A stretch of DNA of 63,915 nucleotides, the filler included, from Choristocarpus tenellus KU-1152 (lineage: Eukaryota > Protista > Phaeophyceae): assembly GCA_964200185.2 (NCBI GenBank). It is 12 parts of 12 records of this genome, joined end to end, with 100 filler letters (N's around TTAATTAATTAA, not from the genome) between each part and the next. Parts side by side here need not be neighbours in the genome. Positions count along the whole stretch, not along the records: positions 23,879 to 28,057 come from CAXNAD020015829.1; positions 28,158 to 32,856 come from CAXNAD020013419.1; positions 32,957 to 38,313 come from CAXNAD020011050.1; positions 38,414 to 43,473 come from CAXNAD020012003.1; 8 more parts are not named here. The stretch is one strand, 5' to 3'. Positions within the stretch are counted from its first letter, which is position 1. Each line of letters begins with the position of its first letter. This document shows positions 26,394-39,606 of this stretch, in pieces. The notes under the pieces were generated by a model, which ran no database searches, was not told where the DNA came from, and was given only the letters and a program-made list of their open reading frames with translations. The position numbers and the translations under genes were made by a program.

Positions 26394-27724
26394 TCAGTAC
26401 AGACATCGTAGGGTGCTCTCCCTGCAACAATTTGTACACATGATTCAGAGGAAGTGACAATCCGTCTATGAGAGGCAAGGACATGACGTCGTTTTAACAC
26501 GGATAAGATGATAAACACTTGAGTACAGAAGTATTTAAAATACTGCAGAAAAAAGTGGAATTTCATTGTGAAGCTGTTTGTTGCTAGAGCCAAGAGTGCT
26601 GAAGGCACAAAACAAAAACGAATCGCTATGCACTCAAGCAGCACTGATACATATCTCAGAGCTTCAATGTGCATCCATGCCCCATCTTGTCTCTTAAGAC
26701 CAGGCAAGGGAGAGTCTTCCCTGCCTGCAGAGGTTGTTTTCCTAACATATGCAAGGAGCTACAGAGTCCATCCTACCTGCCCACAAGTCCCAGTCGAATG
26801 GCCTGGTCGATTCTTTGGGCTACCATTCGAGCCAGGTGTGGACCAAAATCTGCACAAGAAGGGAGCAATGTTTGTGTGGATGGAAGGAGAATGAATGTCG
26901 TGGGGAGTGGAAAGGGTTGTGATGAGGTATGGTGTGGATAAACATGGAGAAAAGAACATGGGCAGGCACCAGTGCCAGCACAAAAACACAAGCAGCAGGC
27001 AGAGATGGTACTATTCCTGGGTAAGAGTGCCTATTTCTCATACAGAAAGCTACTTTGAGTTTGCCTTGCATGCACACATATTGTTGTGCTTCAAAGCCTA
27101 GTAGCACATTGCTGTACTCAAAACTGCACCCTTTACGGCTTTACTTGACTAAGGAACATGGTTTTTTATACGTGATAGTTTTTCAAGGGCAAAGTCTCTC
27201 ATCAACTGAAACTCAAAGGTGCTTCAATTCACAGTATTCCCACCCTAAGCATTTGCCACTGAGCAAAAGCACAAGCAACTGTACCTTTTTTTCCAATTTG
27301 CGCTGTGGCACTCACAGTGGAACTGTTTTGTGCCTCACATATACTAGACAAGCTACGGTTTATCACTCCTTGCACTTCTTACTCGAAAAGAAGCACTGTA
27401 GTAACTAGCCCACTGTAGTAACTAGTCCAATGACATAAACTCTCTGCAAACTCACACGCCCAAAGAGTCTGCAAGCTTGACAGGGTGTTCAAGCACCAGA
27501 CCATGCTCCAACCTCTTTAAAAAAGCTCGTTGAGATATTTGGAAGGGTAAAAAAGGTGATTGGTGGTAGCATCAACCCCACAAATCCTGATATTCAACCC
27601 CCAACCCTCCCTATTGCAGTATATGGATCACCTGGACGGCCAACACCCACAGAGAGACCTGTTGGTCCTGCCTTCCCCCCTCCGCAAAACACTACAACCT
27701 GAAAGTCCTCCCCAAATGTTGCTT
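26394..27724 (-). CDS. 3' end of unknown protein, 3 exons (27632-27724, 26777-26849, 26394-26421)
   Basis: AG/GT boundaries with matching phases (1/1, 1/2, 2/stop). The spliced peptide is xATFGEDFQVVVFCGGGKAGPTGLSVGVGRPDFGPHLARMVAQRIDQAIRLGLVGRESTLRCLY*. I do not recognise the family. Confidence 0.55.
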
Positions 27725-27972
27725 CTGCCACCAGCGTCAAGGTACAGTGCAGGCAGCAGAAAGGGGTTTGAAATGGAGATGCAATAAGAAGTTAAAAACA
27801 CCTTGTCGACAATAGTTTAAAAGATCACATCAAATAAAGTGACTAAGAAAAGTAAAATGAGCAGCAAACACATGAATGTACGCTAGCAAGTCAAATGGCA
27901 ACAAGTGTTGCAACTGGGAACATCAGTTTCACCCGTAGCAATGTCAGAGTCAGATGTATTTTTTCATCCTTC

Positions 27973-28057
27973 TGCTCAAAGTATCTGGGGGGGGGGGAGA
28001 TTTACACCAGGGTGTCCATTCGGCCCCTGACCAGGAGAAGTGCACTTACATTATCCA
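27973..28057 (+). mobile_element. MITE family A, left end at contig break
   Basis: tgctcaaagtatct(g)n agatttacaccagggtgtccattcgg...aagtgcacttacattatcca. The same contig starts with a right end (23879-23901, cccagatactttgaccc). Confidence 0.7.
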
Positions 28058-28212
28058 NNNNNNNNNNNNNNNNNNNNNNNNNNNNNNNNNNNNNNNNNNN
28101 NTTAATTAATTAANNNNNNNNNNNNNNNNNNNNNNNNNNNNNNNNNNNNNNNNNNNNAAAAAAAAAAGAGAAAAGAGGGGAGAGGGAGGGGGAGGGGGGG
28201 GGGGGGGGGGGT

Positions 28213-28248
<36 letters not shown>

Positions 28249-28804
28249 AAAGAAAGGGAGGCGGTAATACAACCGCGGCTCACGCTTTCCAGAGGCATGT
28301 CTTACAACGGTCGGGCAACTGCACCACAAGTCCAAGGATGTCTATTTATTAGGGATGTTCATCTCCGAGGATGTCTGTTCATCCCAGTGAACGCCCGAAA
28401 CTCGCTCCAACAGTGAAACTAGATTTCCGCAACGAAGGATGTATATACGCACTGAAGAAAAAAAAACTAGGGCTAGGGCTAGGGCTAGGTAGAAAAAAAA
28501 ATGGAACTCTTCAACCGTGCAACGGTTTTTTTTTTTAATCAGCAGTCTATGCCCCACCCACCCCACCCTCCCCCCCCATCGCTACAAGAAGGTACTCTAA
28601 AAAAAAACAAAAAAATCCAAGCCGTAAGGGAAGAGATGAAAAAAAAAAATGAATAGCTTCCGAGGCATTGGCAGGCGTATGTCCCCTGATAACCTACAGC
28701 CCTTTCCCAGCCAGAGGAAAACGCCCCCAGAAATTTCAGACGCAAAAAAATCAGACTAACAGGTACTTACAATGGCATGTGAAAAATATCGGTTTAATTC
28801 TTGC

Positions 28805-28936
28805 CTGATTCCGAGCAAGGACGTGGCTAAGGGCCAGCCCAAAGTTTCCACCACCCAGGATTGTGATGCGGAATGGGTACGGTAAGGGCTGGAAGTTGCC
28901 CCCGGCGAGACCATTGCCCTCCTCGCCTCCATTCAC
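28805..28936 (-). CDS. NAD(P)-dependent glycerol-3-phosphate dehydrogenase, internal exon with Rossmann motif
   Basis: Acceptor cccgcccgtag|GTG; RITILGGGNFGLALSHVLARNQ fits the GpsA/GPDH N-terminal GxGxxG; probable GC donor CAG|GCAAGA. Confidence 0.75.
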
Positions 28937-29789
28937 CTACGGGCGGGGGGAGGGGGTAAAGTGGGGAGACTGAACCAAGTGAATGGAACAGCCTATGCAT
29001 TGGGCTCTTAAAAATCTGTATGACATAGGAAGAAGGAAAACATGCGCTGGAATAGGAGCTGTATCCCTGGGTTTGTGCCTGTCACTCAAGGTACGGTAGT
29101 CGTACGCCGTAGAGCAGGAGGTAAGGTGGGACTGTATCCAGGGGAGAGATTGGGGTAGAAACATTATTGGAAGTGTCTACCTTGTTGGAAGGAGGGCTAA
29201 GGTTCAGGTAGTGATTGGGTAATCTCCATCTTTGCATGTCATTGGCATTGCAGACAAAGAGTGCACCAAGCCACTTCAACCTAGAGCGCAATCCATAGCT
29301 AGAATCTCTCTTCGACAAGCCCTGAAACAGGTCGATACCAACATTACTTGGGTGATACATAATACTGAAGGTAGGAGTAAAAACCGACATGGGATGTATC
29401 TACCAACTCATAGATGTCGAATTTCTTCCAGAAGTTGGCAAAGCCTTTGTTTCCACGTAAAGAAGTCGTTGGCATCAAGGCGCGGCAACAAAGCTGATCG
29501 AGTACTTGTACCGAACAATAGTAAACGCAATGAACTGTCGGTCTAATACGGAGGCTGATGAGCGGCATCACAGGAATGGTGGCAATAATCACGCAGCAGC
29601 AGACTTTACATCCCTATAAGAATACAGTGATCGAAACGTAGTCCGAAGTCACGAAAAAGGGCTGCCATGTATGAGATCAAACAGTCAACGCACTACATAC
29701 ACACCTCCAACACCCCTAATCGACCTCTTCTCAATGGAGCATGAACATCCCATGGCCGATGCCGCCGCCGTACTCCGCCCCAGGCAGTA

Positions 29790-30430
29790 GTGCCCAGCCC
29801 AGTCGCCACCCTGAAGGCCCCCCCTGAGTCTTTCGTCGCTGGGAAAGCTCCCCTCTCAGCAGTAACGCTGGACCAACCAGATGACACGGTGCCCACCCAC
29901 TGGCTTCCTGTGCCTATACTACTGGCCTTCATTGCGACACTCCTACGTCTGCAACCCAGCGCCGACGTCCAACCCATAGTTTTCTTTTGCATGACATGAA
30001 AAGATGCCTCCCGCGCTCGACGCCCTTTCTTCATGGAGTTCTGGACGTGCACAAGTGCAAGTCGAGGATGAGGCAAGGTACTTCGGCTGGGACGAATACC
30101 TGCGGCTGGAATTCCTGCAGCCCTGCACCCTGCTGCAAAGGCAATCAACAATAGCAAATGCCAAGGAGGATCTCGGCAAGGCTTTGGTCCCCAACGCCGC
30201 CGTCTACGATGCTGAGGCTTCAGAGCTACCTCCTTAACAAGGTGGACACAGTGTGGGCAAGCAGTACGACCATTAGCTCTCCACGATATCTGAGCATTAG
30301 CAACTTCTACCCAGAAGTAGCGGTACATATTATCAGTAGCTTCATAGTGCCACCTAACTCAGGCATTGAGGGGTGGGCTCGTGACATAAGTGACTGCGTC
30401 AACCTTGAAGAAGCAAAAACACGAAGTTAA
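29790..30430 (+). mobile_element. Possible decayed retroelement gag-like remnant
   Basis: Overlapping broken ORFs (e.g. WDEYLRLEFLQP...EDLGKALVPNAAVYD) in TE-rich context; no diagnostic motif. Confidence 0.25.
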
Positions 30431-30689
30431 TAGCGGTCAGTCACCAAGGTGATCATTCCATATCGAAGTGCTCACCTCCACAAAATCCATGGGACTGGGC
30501 TTATCGACTAACTACAGCGATTCTCTGGAAAATCAACAGTTACCCACTCTGGCTGGTATAATGTTCCCAAGTTCAGTCAGTCCGTCCCTTCGTTCAAAAT
30601 ATAGGTGAGACACCATCATCAACCTCTGTCATGCCTTCAAGGTTATACGAAACCATAGTTCAAGAATTATTTAAGGATTTTGACCTCAT

Positions 30690-31200
30690 CCGAGGTCATT
30701 TCAAGAGTTCATGACATCGCAACTATAATGATTCTATCCTATGTGTACTGTGTTTGGCAACTTCGGAGTGCCTAACAAGATTATATGATTAGTTCGTCAG
30801 TTATATGATGGAAGGGGGGCATGCATCCGCATGTACGATGATTATCTGATTGATTTGAAGTCAGGCGAAACGTTGAACAGGGTTGTGCTCTTCCTTCCAT
30901 CCTCTTCAACATATTCTTCACTGGAGCAATGGCAGGCATAGAGGTTAACGAGTCCAACGCCGACCCAACTATCTATAAGGATCTTGTGGTCATCAAGGGA
31001 GTTGCGAGAAACAACCAAAAGAGGAGTGACAGGAAGTGAGGTGACACGCAAGCTGCACATGTGGGGTATATGCTATACGGAAGATACGAGATTTGTGTCA
31101 AAGACCCAAGGAAAACGTTTGGTCAGAATGGTGACGACGATGACTGTGAAGGTGACCAGGCTTGCGGTTCCCATTCTGGTCGTGGAAGGTCTGCAATTAC
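30690..31200 (+). mobile_element. RTE-like LINE reverse transcriptase remnant
   Basis: FGVPNKII*LVRQLYDG, QGCALPSILFNIFF and WGICYTEDTRFVSK (decayed YADD), with stops and frameshifts. Confidence 0.7.
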
Positions 31201-31734
31201 AGGAGGGGTGTATTAATAGCAGCATTCTCATAATAATATACCCTGAGCACATACTGGTCCATCGTGGTACCTTAAGTATTGGGATAGACACACGACCCCT
31301 CAAAGTAAGACAGTCCGAAGTTCCAAACTCACAACTTCGGGCAATCCTAGCTAGAGTATCCTCGCCATGTGAAAAACAGGGTACATAACAGTAGATTTTT
31401 TTCTTCCACTCCCCCCTTAGCCCTGTCTGCCAATGAAATACAGATTAAATTTCTCGTGTGTCGTTTTCCCTCGCTCTTCGTCTAACTTTGCACGCCATAA
31501 CAAACGTCCTGTCCCTCCCTAAGAGACTCTAATCAAGTCACAATATCGTAACTTCAGGATTTTGGTCCTCAATCCTGACACAATAACAGTACAGTTTCTA
31601 CACCAGTGATAAGTTAGAACCCACCACTTCGGCTTATTCTTGTCCCTAGTTGTTAATTTCAAGTATTCCGGGGGGAGGGATCCTCCTCCTTTCGGTATCC
31701 TGAGGTTGGAATAGTTTACTGATCAACACTTCTT

Positions 31735-32140
31735 GGTCTATGACTTGTACAACACGTTCTCCACAACAGCAGCACTCAAGTAAGAATGAAGGCACCACCT
31801 GATGACCATGCCAAATTTGCAACCCAAGGCAGAAGGATGCGAGTAGTACTAGACAACTCCACGTCTGCGAACTGATCGAGAACTCTAGGGTCCAAGCAGT
31901 CGTCCAGGAATTTGAATGTAACATTTTATCAGGCAAACTGACAGTGAGCTTCAAAGCACACCAAGTATGCCCCTGCACCTATATACATGCTTGGAGACAG
32001 GTACTATTAGCCATATACGTGGAAAGGATCATTACCACTGGAACAAAACAACAAGGAGAAGCGCGTACTGGTTCTTTGTTGAGGTATTGCACTTCGATTG
32101 TCACCTTAGGGGATACTTTGGAATTACAACTGTGAGAACT
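31735..32140 (+). mobile_element. Ty1/copia reverse transcriptase remnant
   Basis: DLYNTF (cf. DVxNAF), LGSKQSSRN (cf. LYGLKQS) and CPCTYIH...VLLAIYVERII (cf. DPCLY...YVDD). Confidence 0.6.
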
Positions 32141-32977
32141 TCAACACTGCAAGATGTCGCTGTCAAGAAAGAGTCCCCCCAACCAACGAGAGGTCCCGGA
32201 ACGATGGAGCAGTCAAAGTAATAGAATGGTTCTAGATAAAGACAAACACTAAGGGTAAAGCAGGGAAGGCGCCCTGCAACACTCGTTTCAAGTAGGAATA
32301 CCTAAAAGTCGGTATCTATACTTGATATGGAAGTCATAACTCGACATTGCAGTCAAAATTACCTTAATGATAAGACAGGGTTAAACGTTATGCACACCTC
32401 AACATACATGAGGTAGAGGTGTAGAGGTGTGGGGCTCAATCCTCCTAAGCGGCAGGTGAAATCATGCTCTCTCTCTCTCTCTTTCTCAGGCTTAGTAGAG
32501 CACAAACACATTGTCCAACTGTAAGATGGGTCATCTGACTGAGTAATTTGACGAAGCTTTTCCGTCGTAAAGGCATTGGGCTTCAAACACAAAGGAGGGC
32601 AAAAAAAACTGCCATATTTGCTGCGCTGCAGGTCTTCAGCTCTAGTGACAGTAGCAACACTGATAATTAGTTGCTGATAATGTAGGTGAAAGGTAGCCTT
32701 GACTTGGGCAAAGTCACATCAGTCAGGAAGTGTTACAGGCGAATAGCGCAAACGTTTCTTCTTGTATTTCAACGAAGTGCAAGCGTTTGTTACACGCGAA
32801 TAGCACGAGCATTTTCTTTTTATGATTCAGGAAATAAGAACATTTGTAACAGACGTNNNNNNNNNNNNNNNNNNNNNNNNNNNNNNNNNNNNNNNNNNNN
32901 TTAATTAATTAANNNNNNNNNNNNNNNNNNNNNNNNNNNNNNNNNNNNNNNNNNNNCCCTCCCAGATACTTTGGGTC

Positions 32978-33517
32978 TCTGCTTGCTCCATGGTGGAGCG
33001 TGCCAGGAGGGGTTGTGTGACCCTCACAAGATAGCCTAGCCGGGAGGAGAGGGAGCAGGAGTTGAGGAGCCAGGCCACCTGCTTGTCCTTCATCTCGCTT
33101 AGGTGTGTGGCTAAAGCTCGTGTCCCAGAGGTCTCAATCACCTCCGCCATGTGAGCTCGAATGAAGTCATATGTTCCTACTGGAGCCCCTTGAGGGACAA
33201 AACCACTGGGGTTCGGGGCTAGGTTGATTCCCGCTGTAGAGAGGAGCTCTAGTTCCAAGGGCGTGGGTTGGTGGCCCTGGAGGGGTGCAGCAAAGGTCTT
33301 GCCCATGTTTAGGTTGATGCCTACCTCCTGGAGATTAGTTTTTAACTGCTCGAAAGCAGCTATGGTGATAGGGTTGATCCTCCTCGCCGAAACGGACGTG
33401 TCATCCAGATAGCTCCGGGAGGAAACCCCTTGGGGTCCAAAGACTGATTGGACCTGTTGCAAGGCCTTGTGTGTTCCCATGCAATATAAGAGGGGGCCCA
33501 GTGGGTCTCCCTGATGA
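32978..33517 (-). mobile_element. Non-LTR (CRE-like) reverse transcriptase fragment
   Basis: Open frame QGDPLGPLLY...SYLDD...GINLNMGKT...GAPVGT..F...RLGYLVR; 5'-truncated, and interrupted at the 3' end by a MITE terminus (32957-32977). Confidence 0.85.
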
Positions 33518-33723
33518 CTAATTATTAAATACGTACTCCTGAGCAGTATAATCATACGAAGGTATAATGCTTAGATGGAAGTCATCGTAATCCATTGCCC
33601 TCCTATTTCGCATCACCAGCACAGTGTGTGCAACGAATGCATTCCACTTTAGTAAGATGAAGTATGTCAACATCTGTTGCACTCCAATACTGAGGACCAT
33701 ATGAGGGGGGAGAGGAAAACTGG

Positions 33724-33782
33724 GAGTGAAAGTATCTTAGGGGTACGAGTTTTTCCCTATTTGTCCATTTGGGGCTTGGGGT
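33724..33782 (-). mobile_element. MITE family B, terminal fragment
   Basis: gagtgaaagtatcttaggggtacgagtttt...tttgtccatttggggcttgg is the reverse complement of the 51360-51419 end. Confidence 0.7.
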
Positions 33783-35049
33783 ATTGAGTCCATCATTTGC
33801 ATGTAGATGGCACTGCGTTCAGATTTCCCTTCTTGCCGTGAGCTCATAATTTGTGCTTCTTGTGTGGACAGATCGACATCAACTGAATAGCCAAAAGTCT
33901 ACTTAATCGAAATAATGGCGTGACTCCACTGCAAGCTAAAACTACAACAGGGTAGGCACCGAGAAAATATATAATCCAAGAAGTGTTGAAAGATCTGTGG
34001 TATGCATGATTAAACCACGAAGTGTTCTAAATTGACTTACTCCAAAACTGAAGTAACCTTCTAACCTGCCTACCTACTGCCTCATGGGCTTTGAGGGCAG
34101 ACAGTTTTGGGCATATGTATTCTGTTCGAAACATCTGGAGAACGCAGCTTCAGTAAGATCTACCTCTACTACTGAGCACACCTGAAGAGAGGCGTTTCAA
34201 TGCACTAGTTTGTGTGTGGTTTCGAACTGCTGGCTGGAAACAGTTCATTCCATAGACAAAAAGAAAGGCAAAATGTTATGAGTGTGTGTTGGTTGCACTT
34301 GGGCCAAGTGCTCTTGTCATATAAGACCTGATTCAGCGTAATCGGTGAACCAAATCTCATCATTCTTACTCAAATTTTAGTATATTGCTTGCACGACTGC
34401 AGAGAACTCTCCATGGAAGGGAGACGGAGGACACAGCCTTCATTGTTGTCAACCTCCACCCTCCTTGAAGGTGTGTGCGCGCTGAAGGAGTGTGTAAGAG
34501 GGCACACACCTTGGGTTCCACTACAACAATTTAAGCCCACTTTGTTGATCACTTGGTTCTTTCATAAAACATGAACCCCTGCCGGTAAACTAGGTGTTCG
34601 GGTTAAAGGAAAGACGTCAATGTACCGCGTGCACACAGACTCAAGCTCAGAGAAAAAAAGAAAAGGGAAAATACAACGCAGTATATAAAAGAGGAAACAT
34701 TTTTCAATCCATGAAGAGAATGAGAAGTTGAGGGTTGTGCAGCCAATGCTGAACGTACATAAAAACTGAACTCATCAACTACAGGTCTACATTTGTAACT
34801 TGCAATTTATACATCAATGACATTGTAGTAACCGAACGAAAATAGCCCCAAATCGCTTGATTGAAGCCATGATTACTGCATTCAAGACATACATCCAACT
34901 GGGAGTGAAAAAGGACAAGAAGTCACTTCAGCTACTCAAACAAAATTTTCGACTGCCTTGCTTACACTCCCAACCATTAATATTGTACACACATTTGGCT
35001 ACCAGTAGTTGCATAGCGTTTCTCACTACTTTGTGCTGATATTGCCATA

Positions 35050-36391
35050 TTACAATTCACGAACAACACGGAAACGACCGACGCAGCAGAGTCTTTCAGG
35101 TAAAGATGTCAGGTGTCGAGTTTCTGGGCATTCTTCTTGTTAGCCTGGACAAACAGTACGAGTACCTTGACCCATGCCATAGGAATGCCTTCAAATGTAG
35201 TGCACGGAAAAACTACATCAACAGGCCGAATGTTGCCTACCATGTCCGCAAGCACGGGTCACGACCCTGCCACTAGACGTCACAATGCAGTATGATCCAT
35301 AAAATGTTTTTTGACAATAGATACGCATCAAAGTACTGTTTTCAACATCATGGCATTTCGTACTTAAAATATTGATATCCTGGGTACTACGATATAAGTG
35401 ACCAATATATGTAGACAACAGCAACAGAAAAAGATACAGCTTGGCAGGAGGCAGTCAAGGGTCAAATTAGCCAGTGCCTGACAAATTAGCTCAAAACAGG
35501 GAGGGCAGAAATATGACATCACAAAGATCGAGAAATGTCTATATTTTGCAAGGAAATATCCCTCATCGGTTGATGAGTCAATGCAAACACTCTCTATGAT
35601 CAATTCTTGATTGAATGGACTGTTTAAACCATAAAATAGGAGATAACCGATTATTACAATCCGAGAATATAGCAGTTCCTATTATAGAGTTCTAGCACAC
35701 ATGTAGGCTTGTTTAGCAATGAACGATGCTCCCCCCCTCAAAAACAACTCCATCCCACACTCCAAGATTTGGCCTACTAGTAACAATACAAGTAAAATGT
35801 AAATTTCACAAAAACCTTCAGAAGGAATTGCTGTACCCGTCCAGAGGTACCAAGCACAAAACGATGCATCAAATAAACCTACAGCAGACAGGGCCAAGGG
35901 TCTTGGGTGGCTGAGTCGTTGCCTCACCCATTGTTCCACACTACCGCAATCTCAATCAATACAAGTAGACCGTAGCTACTCCTATCCTCCTGCTGTGAAC
36001 TGCAAGTAGTCCATGTAATCTTCAGCAAAATGATATATCTCATTCACAGTTGCAAACACAAACAGGGTCGAGCAGCACAAAGGTTCACAGTTCATCCCTA
36101 CAAATGATTCAAGAGTGAGGTATGCATCAGATACAAACACATCCAAAACACGTTCCTGCCTCCCTAACAGTTCCCCACGTACACTGGAAGAGCACACACC
36201 ACCTTGGTTGTCATAAACGCATGCACTAAAGTCACAGGAGCATAGGCAGCAGCTACACAAATAGTAGAAGATGTCCACAGAGCAACACCTGTGAGACGCT
36301 CCTCCATGTTTCCTTGCCATGCTGAGAATAATACAAGCAGATTAAGGATGCACAAAGATGTGTAGCCGGCCTTCAGCAGCATCTGGTACAA
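35050..36391 (-). pseudogene. Possible decayed multipass membrane protein ORF
   Basis: ORFs 35982-36320, 35682-35939 and 35364-35603 are in one frame with many hydrophobic segments, separated by clustered stops. Confidence 0.35.
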
Positions 36392-38413
36392 TGTTTACCT
36401 GGTCAGTAGCGGGTGTGGGTGCAAGGTGGGATGACTGCCTGCCTTTCACAAACAAAGCCCCTCTGGCTGCTAAGGCATTCAAGGTTATTCAGTGTGTTAT
36501 GATTGACTAGTGCAGCTTGCAGCAATATTCCTTACCAAGGTATACATACAAGCGAGTAGAAATATCTTAAAAGTTCACCATTGCTTGTCAAACAGAAGTA
36601 GACATCCCAACTCTATCAGCATTCGTTATTACCTCTGGTGGCCAGGTAGACTTTCCAGCTTGTTGGGGGGAGAATATTTTGCCAATCTACCAACATAATA
36701 TCATCCCACAAACATTTCCCAAGGCTGTCCTGTTGTGCGATTCTGTATTAACATTCCTAGAGCATTCCGATATATGCCCCCCTTCAACACCCCAAACATA
36801 TACTACGAAAAGGTGTAGACTGCTCTGTGTGTTACAAACGGCATTCATATCTTCGTATCTACACTGATCGTACGTCACACAAGGGATCAAAGATCTGTTA
36901 CTGTTACATGTAGCAAATAGGCACACGCACTCCTTGAGCAAGAAAGCAGTCAGGTAGATAGTACGTTGTGCAAGTATCCTACTCAGTGTTCCCCGACACT
37001 AAGGACACGAGGGGAAGTGAGGGAGAGGATCAGATAAGACAAACGACTTGACTCATGCTTCACAAAACGACACCAGAAACTCAACCCACTCCCAACAAAC
37101 CTGCTGCTTGTCATGCACAATTGTCACTCGCGGTAGGACTACGTGTCCCGGCACCATAGGAACCAGGCAATATGACACCGAGGCAGACTCTCGGGGTGCC
37201 ACCTGCTAGGAACACAAGATACACCCAATGCAGAGGGTGTGGAGTGTGAGTGGCGAATGGCAATGCATGCTGAGTAACAGCACTATTGCAGTCTTGAACT
37301 ACCATAACATTTCCCTCAGGATACATTGGACACCTTGTGTTGCACCCATCTGACATCATGTACACCACATAAACCCCACAATTGCATGGTGCTTTTTCCC
37401 CCAAGAGGAAATGTAAAATCCCACTGTACTTACCAAGAGAGTGGGGGGACTGCCCCCTTTGCAACAAGTTCCATCAAACACAAGGGATAATTCAGCCACC
37501 AGTCCCTCCCACCACCTCATCCCTGCTTCCTCTTACACTTGTTTCATTGATTGGGTCACACATCACCTCAAGTCCATGTTGGCATGAATTTCTGTCTGAT
37601 TAGTGACTGTGCCTGTTTCCCATACACCCCCATACCTGCAAGGTGAACTGCCGTGATCCACTCCATACAAATTCCCCACCACCCTCAGCAGACAACCGTA
37701 GGTTGGAATAGGTATTGTTGGGGTTGGACACCTCCCACCTGTGTGTATCAACCCAGGGGTCATAAGAGCATAGTCACTTTCTAGTAATCAAGGCCACAGG
37801 TAGAGAGAGTACAGGCATATCAACTGGCTAGGTCTCTCCTTGCATCAGGTATTGTACAAGACAGCCATTACTCCCACACAACCCTCCTGTTGAACAACAC
37901 ACACTATGGACATCTCGGGCATGTTGTAACGTTGCTATAGCGGGTGATCGACACGGCTAACCACACCCTTCTACAACAGCACCATGGTATACTTGTTCGC
38001 ATCCCTTGCTCCTCAGCCCTCTCTTCCCCCCTCCTCCACCTCTTCCAAGGGAGGTTTGATGCCTACAACTCTAAGACATACTGACCTCATTGTAAAAGCC
38101 TCACCCACACGAGCATGTGCTGGCACCCATATTCGTGCAGACAGCGGCGGTGACACCACACTCAAGTCAGGCATACGCAGCTCTGTCACACCCTCCTCCC
38201 ATTCCCCCTTCCCCTCCCCCTCCCTTTTCCCTCCTCTCCAAGCCCTCCAATGAGCCACTAGGACACCAAGTGGCACCGCCCCTTCCATCTCACCCACGGC
38301 AAGGGTACAACAGNNNNNNNNNNNNNNNNNNNNNNNNNNNNNNNNNNNNNNNNNNNNTTAATTAATTAANNNNNNNNNNNNNNNNNNNNNNNNNNNNNNN
38401 NNNNNNNNNNNNN

Positions 38414-39080
38414 GTGTCTGTAGGGGAGGAAGTGTACAACAGGATGGTCGAGGCAGCGCTCCTGTCCTCATCTCAAGATCTGTCCAAGACCATCAGCCTA
38501 CTGTGCGACTCGGGTGCAAACGTGCACCTTACCCCCCCGACTACAGGACCTCACTGCAACAACAGCTATCACCCGCACCGGCACTTTTGGAAACAAAGGT
38601 ACACTGGACGCACGAGAAAACCGGCGAGATGATCCTGGAAGCAACTGATGAGACGGGCACGCCGACCACGATTGTGCTCCAGGATGTGCTCCAGGATGTG
38701 CTCCAGGATGTGCTCTAGGAACCGGGTCCGTCATGTAGGCTTCCCAGCACAGGAAGCTTGCGGCGCAAAGGAGGTGAGTTCGTGGAGTCAGGGATCAGGA
38801 GGAGCTAGCTACATCCAGCCCAAAAAGGGGGTAGCCAAGATTCATTTGGAGGAGAAGGGATCCTTCCTGATGCTGCCGGCCCAGTTTCAGATAAGAGAGG
38901 GGAAGAAGGGTCAGGCAATGATCAATGCTAGCTACGCCAATAAGTAGCAGGCTTTCCCTCTCCGACTGGCACAAGATCATGGGTAACCTCAACCCATTCG
39001 TGATCAAGCACCTGGAGAAACGAGGCCTTGTGAATATCGTAGATGGTACACAACTGTCAGGTTTGGAAGAAGTGCAAGTC
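38414..39080 (+). mobile_element. Ty1/copia protease and GAG-pre-integrase remnant
   Basis: LLCDSGANVHLTP (protease) and DWHKIMGNLNPFVIKHLEKRGLV (pre-integrase WHxxxGH). Confidence 0.8.
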
Positions 39081-39606
39081 CGAGACACCTATCTTATTAC
39101 TATCTCTACGAACACATCCTGTGGTGTTTTCAACTATGGGTCCTTCCCTGAGCCATTCCAAAATACGACTCCCCGATCCATGAAATATGTATCTAGTGTC
39201 ACGCCTAAAGTGAATCGTTAGAAAAGAGTAGTACTTAACAATTGACTTGCTAATGTACCATACACACAAAAATGAGGAAAATCTCTCCCTGACTATAATA
39301 GCTCTTCTATCTAGAGTCAGTCTGTATACATCACAGATGTCACTTGACTACTGTGGACATGCACCAAATAAACAAGATAATTGGGGTCAAATTCAAATAG
39401 CACATGAGAAGAGAGTCACAGAGAAAAACGTTCAGTTTCACCAAAATAAGAACCAATAAATCCTGCTATCCTTTCAGTAAGGTTTTCTTGTTTCGAGGAC
39501 GGAGGATTCGTTGTAGATACTATATGCACGTTCTTGTACCTTCTTGAAGGTTTTCTGGTTTTCTCTCTGGCTCGAAAAGTCAGGGGACATTGGTCATAGT
39601 CATGTC

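Noticed and set aside
28467-28489. (CTAGGG)n and scattered TTAGGG (48062, 53573, 54658) as telomeric sequence
   Set aside because: Too short and internal; no evidence of a chromosome end.
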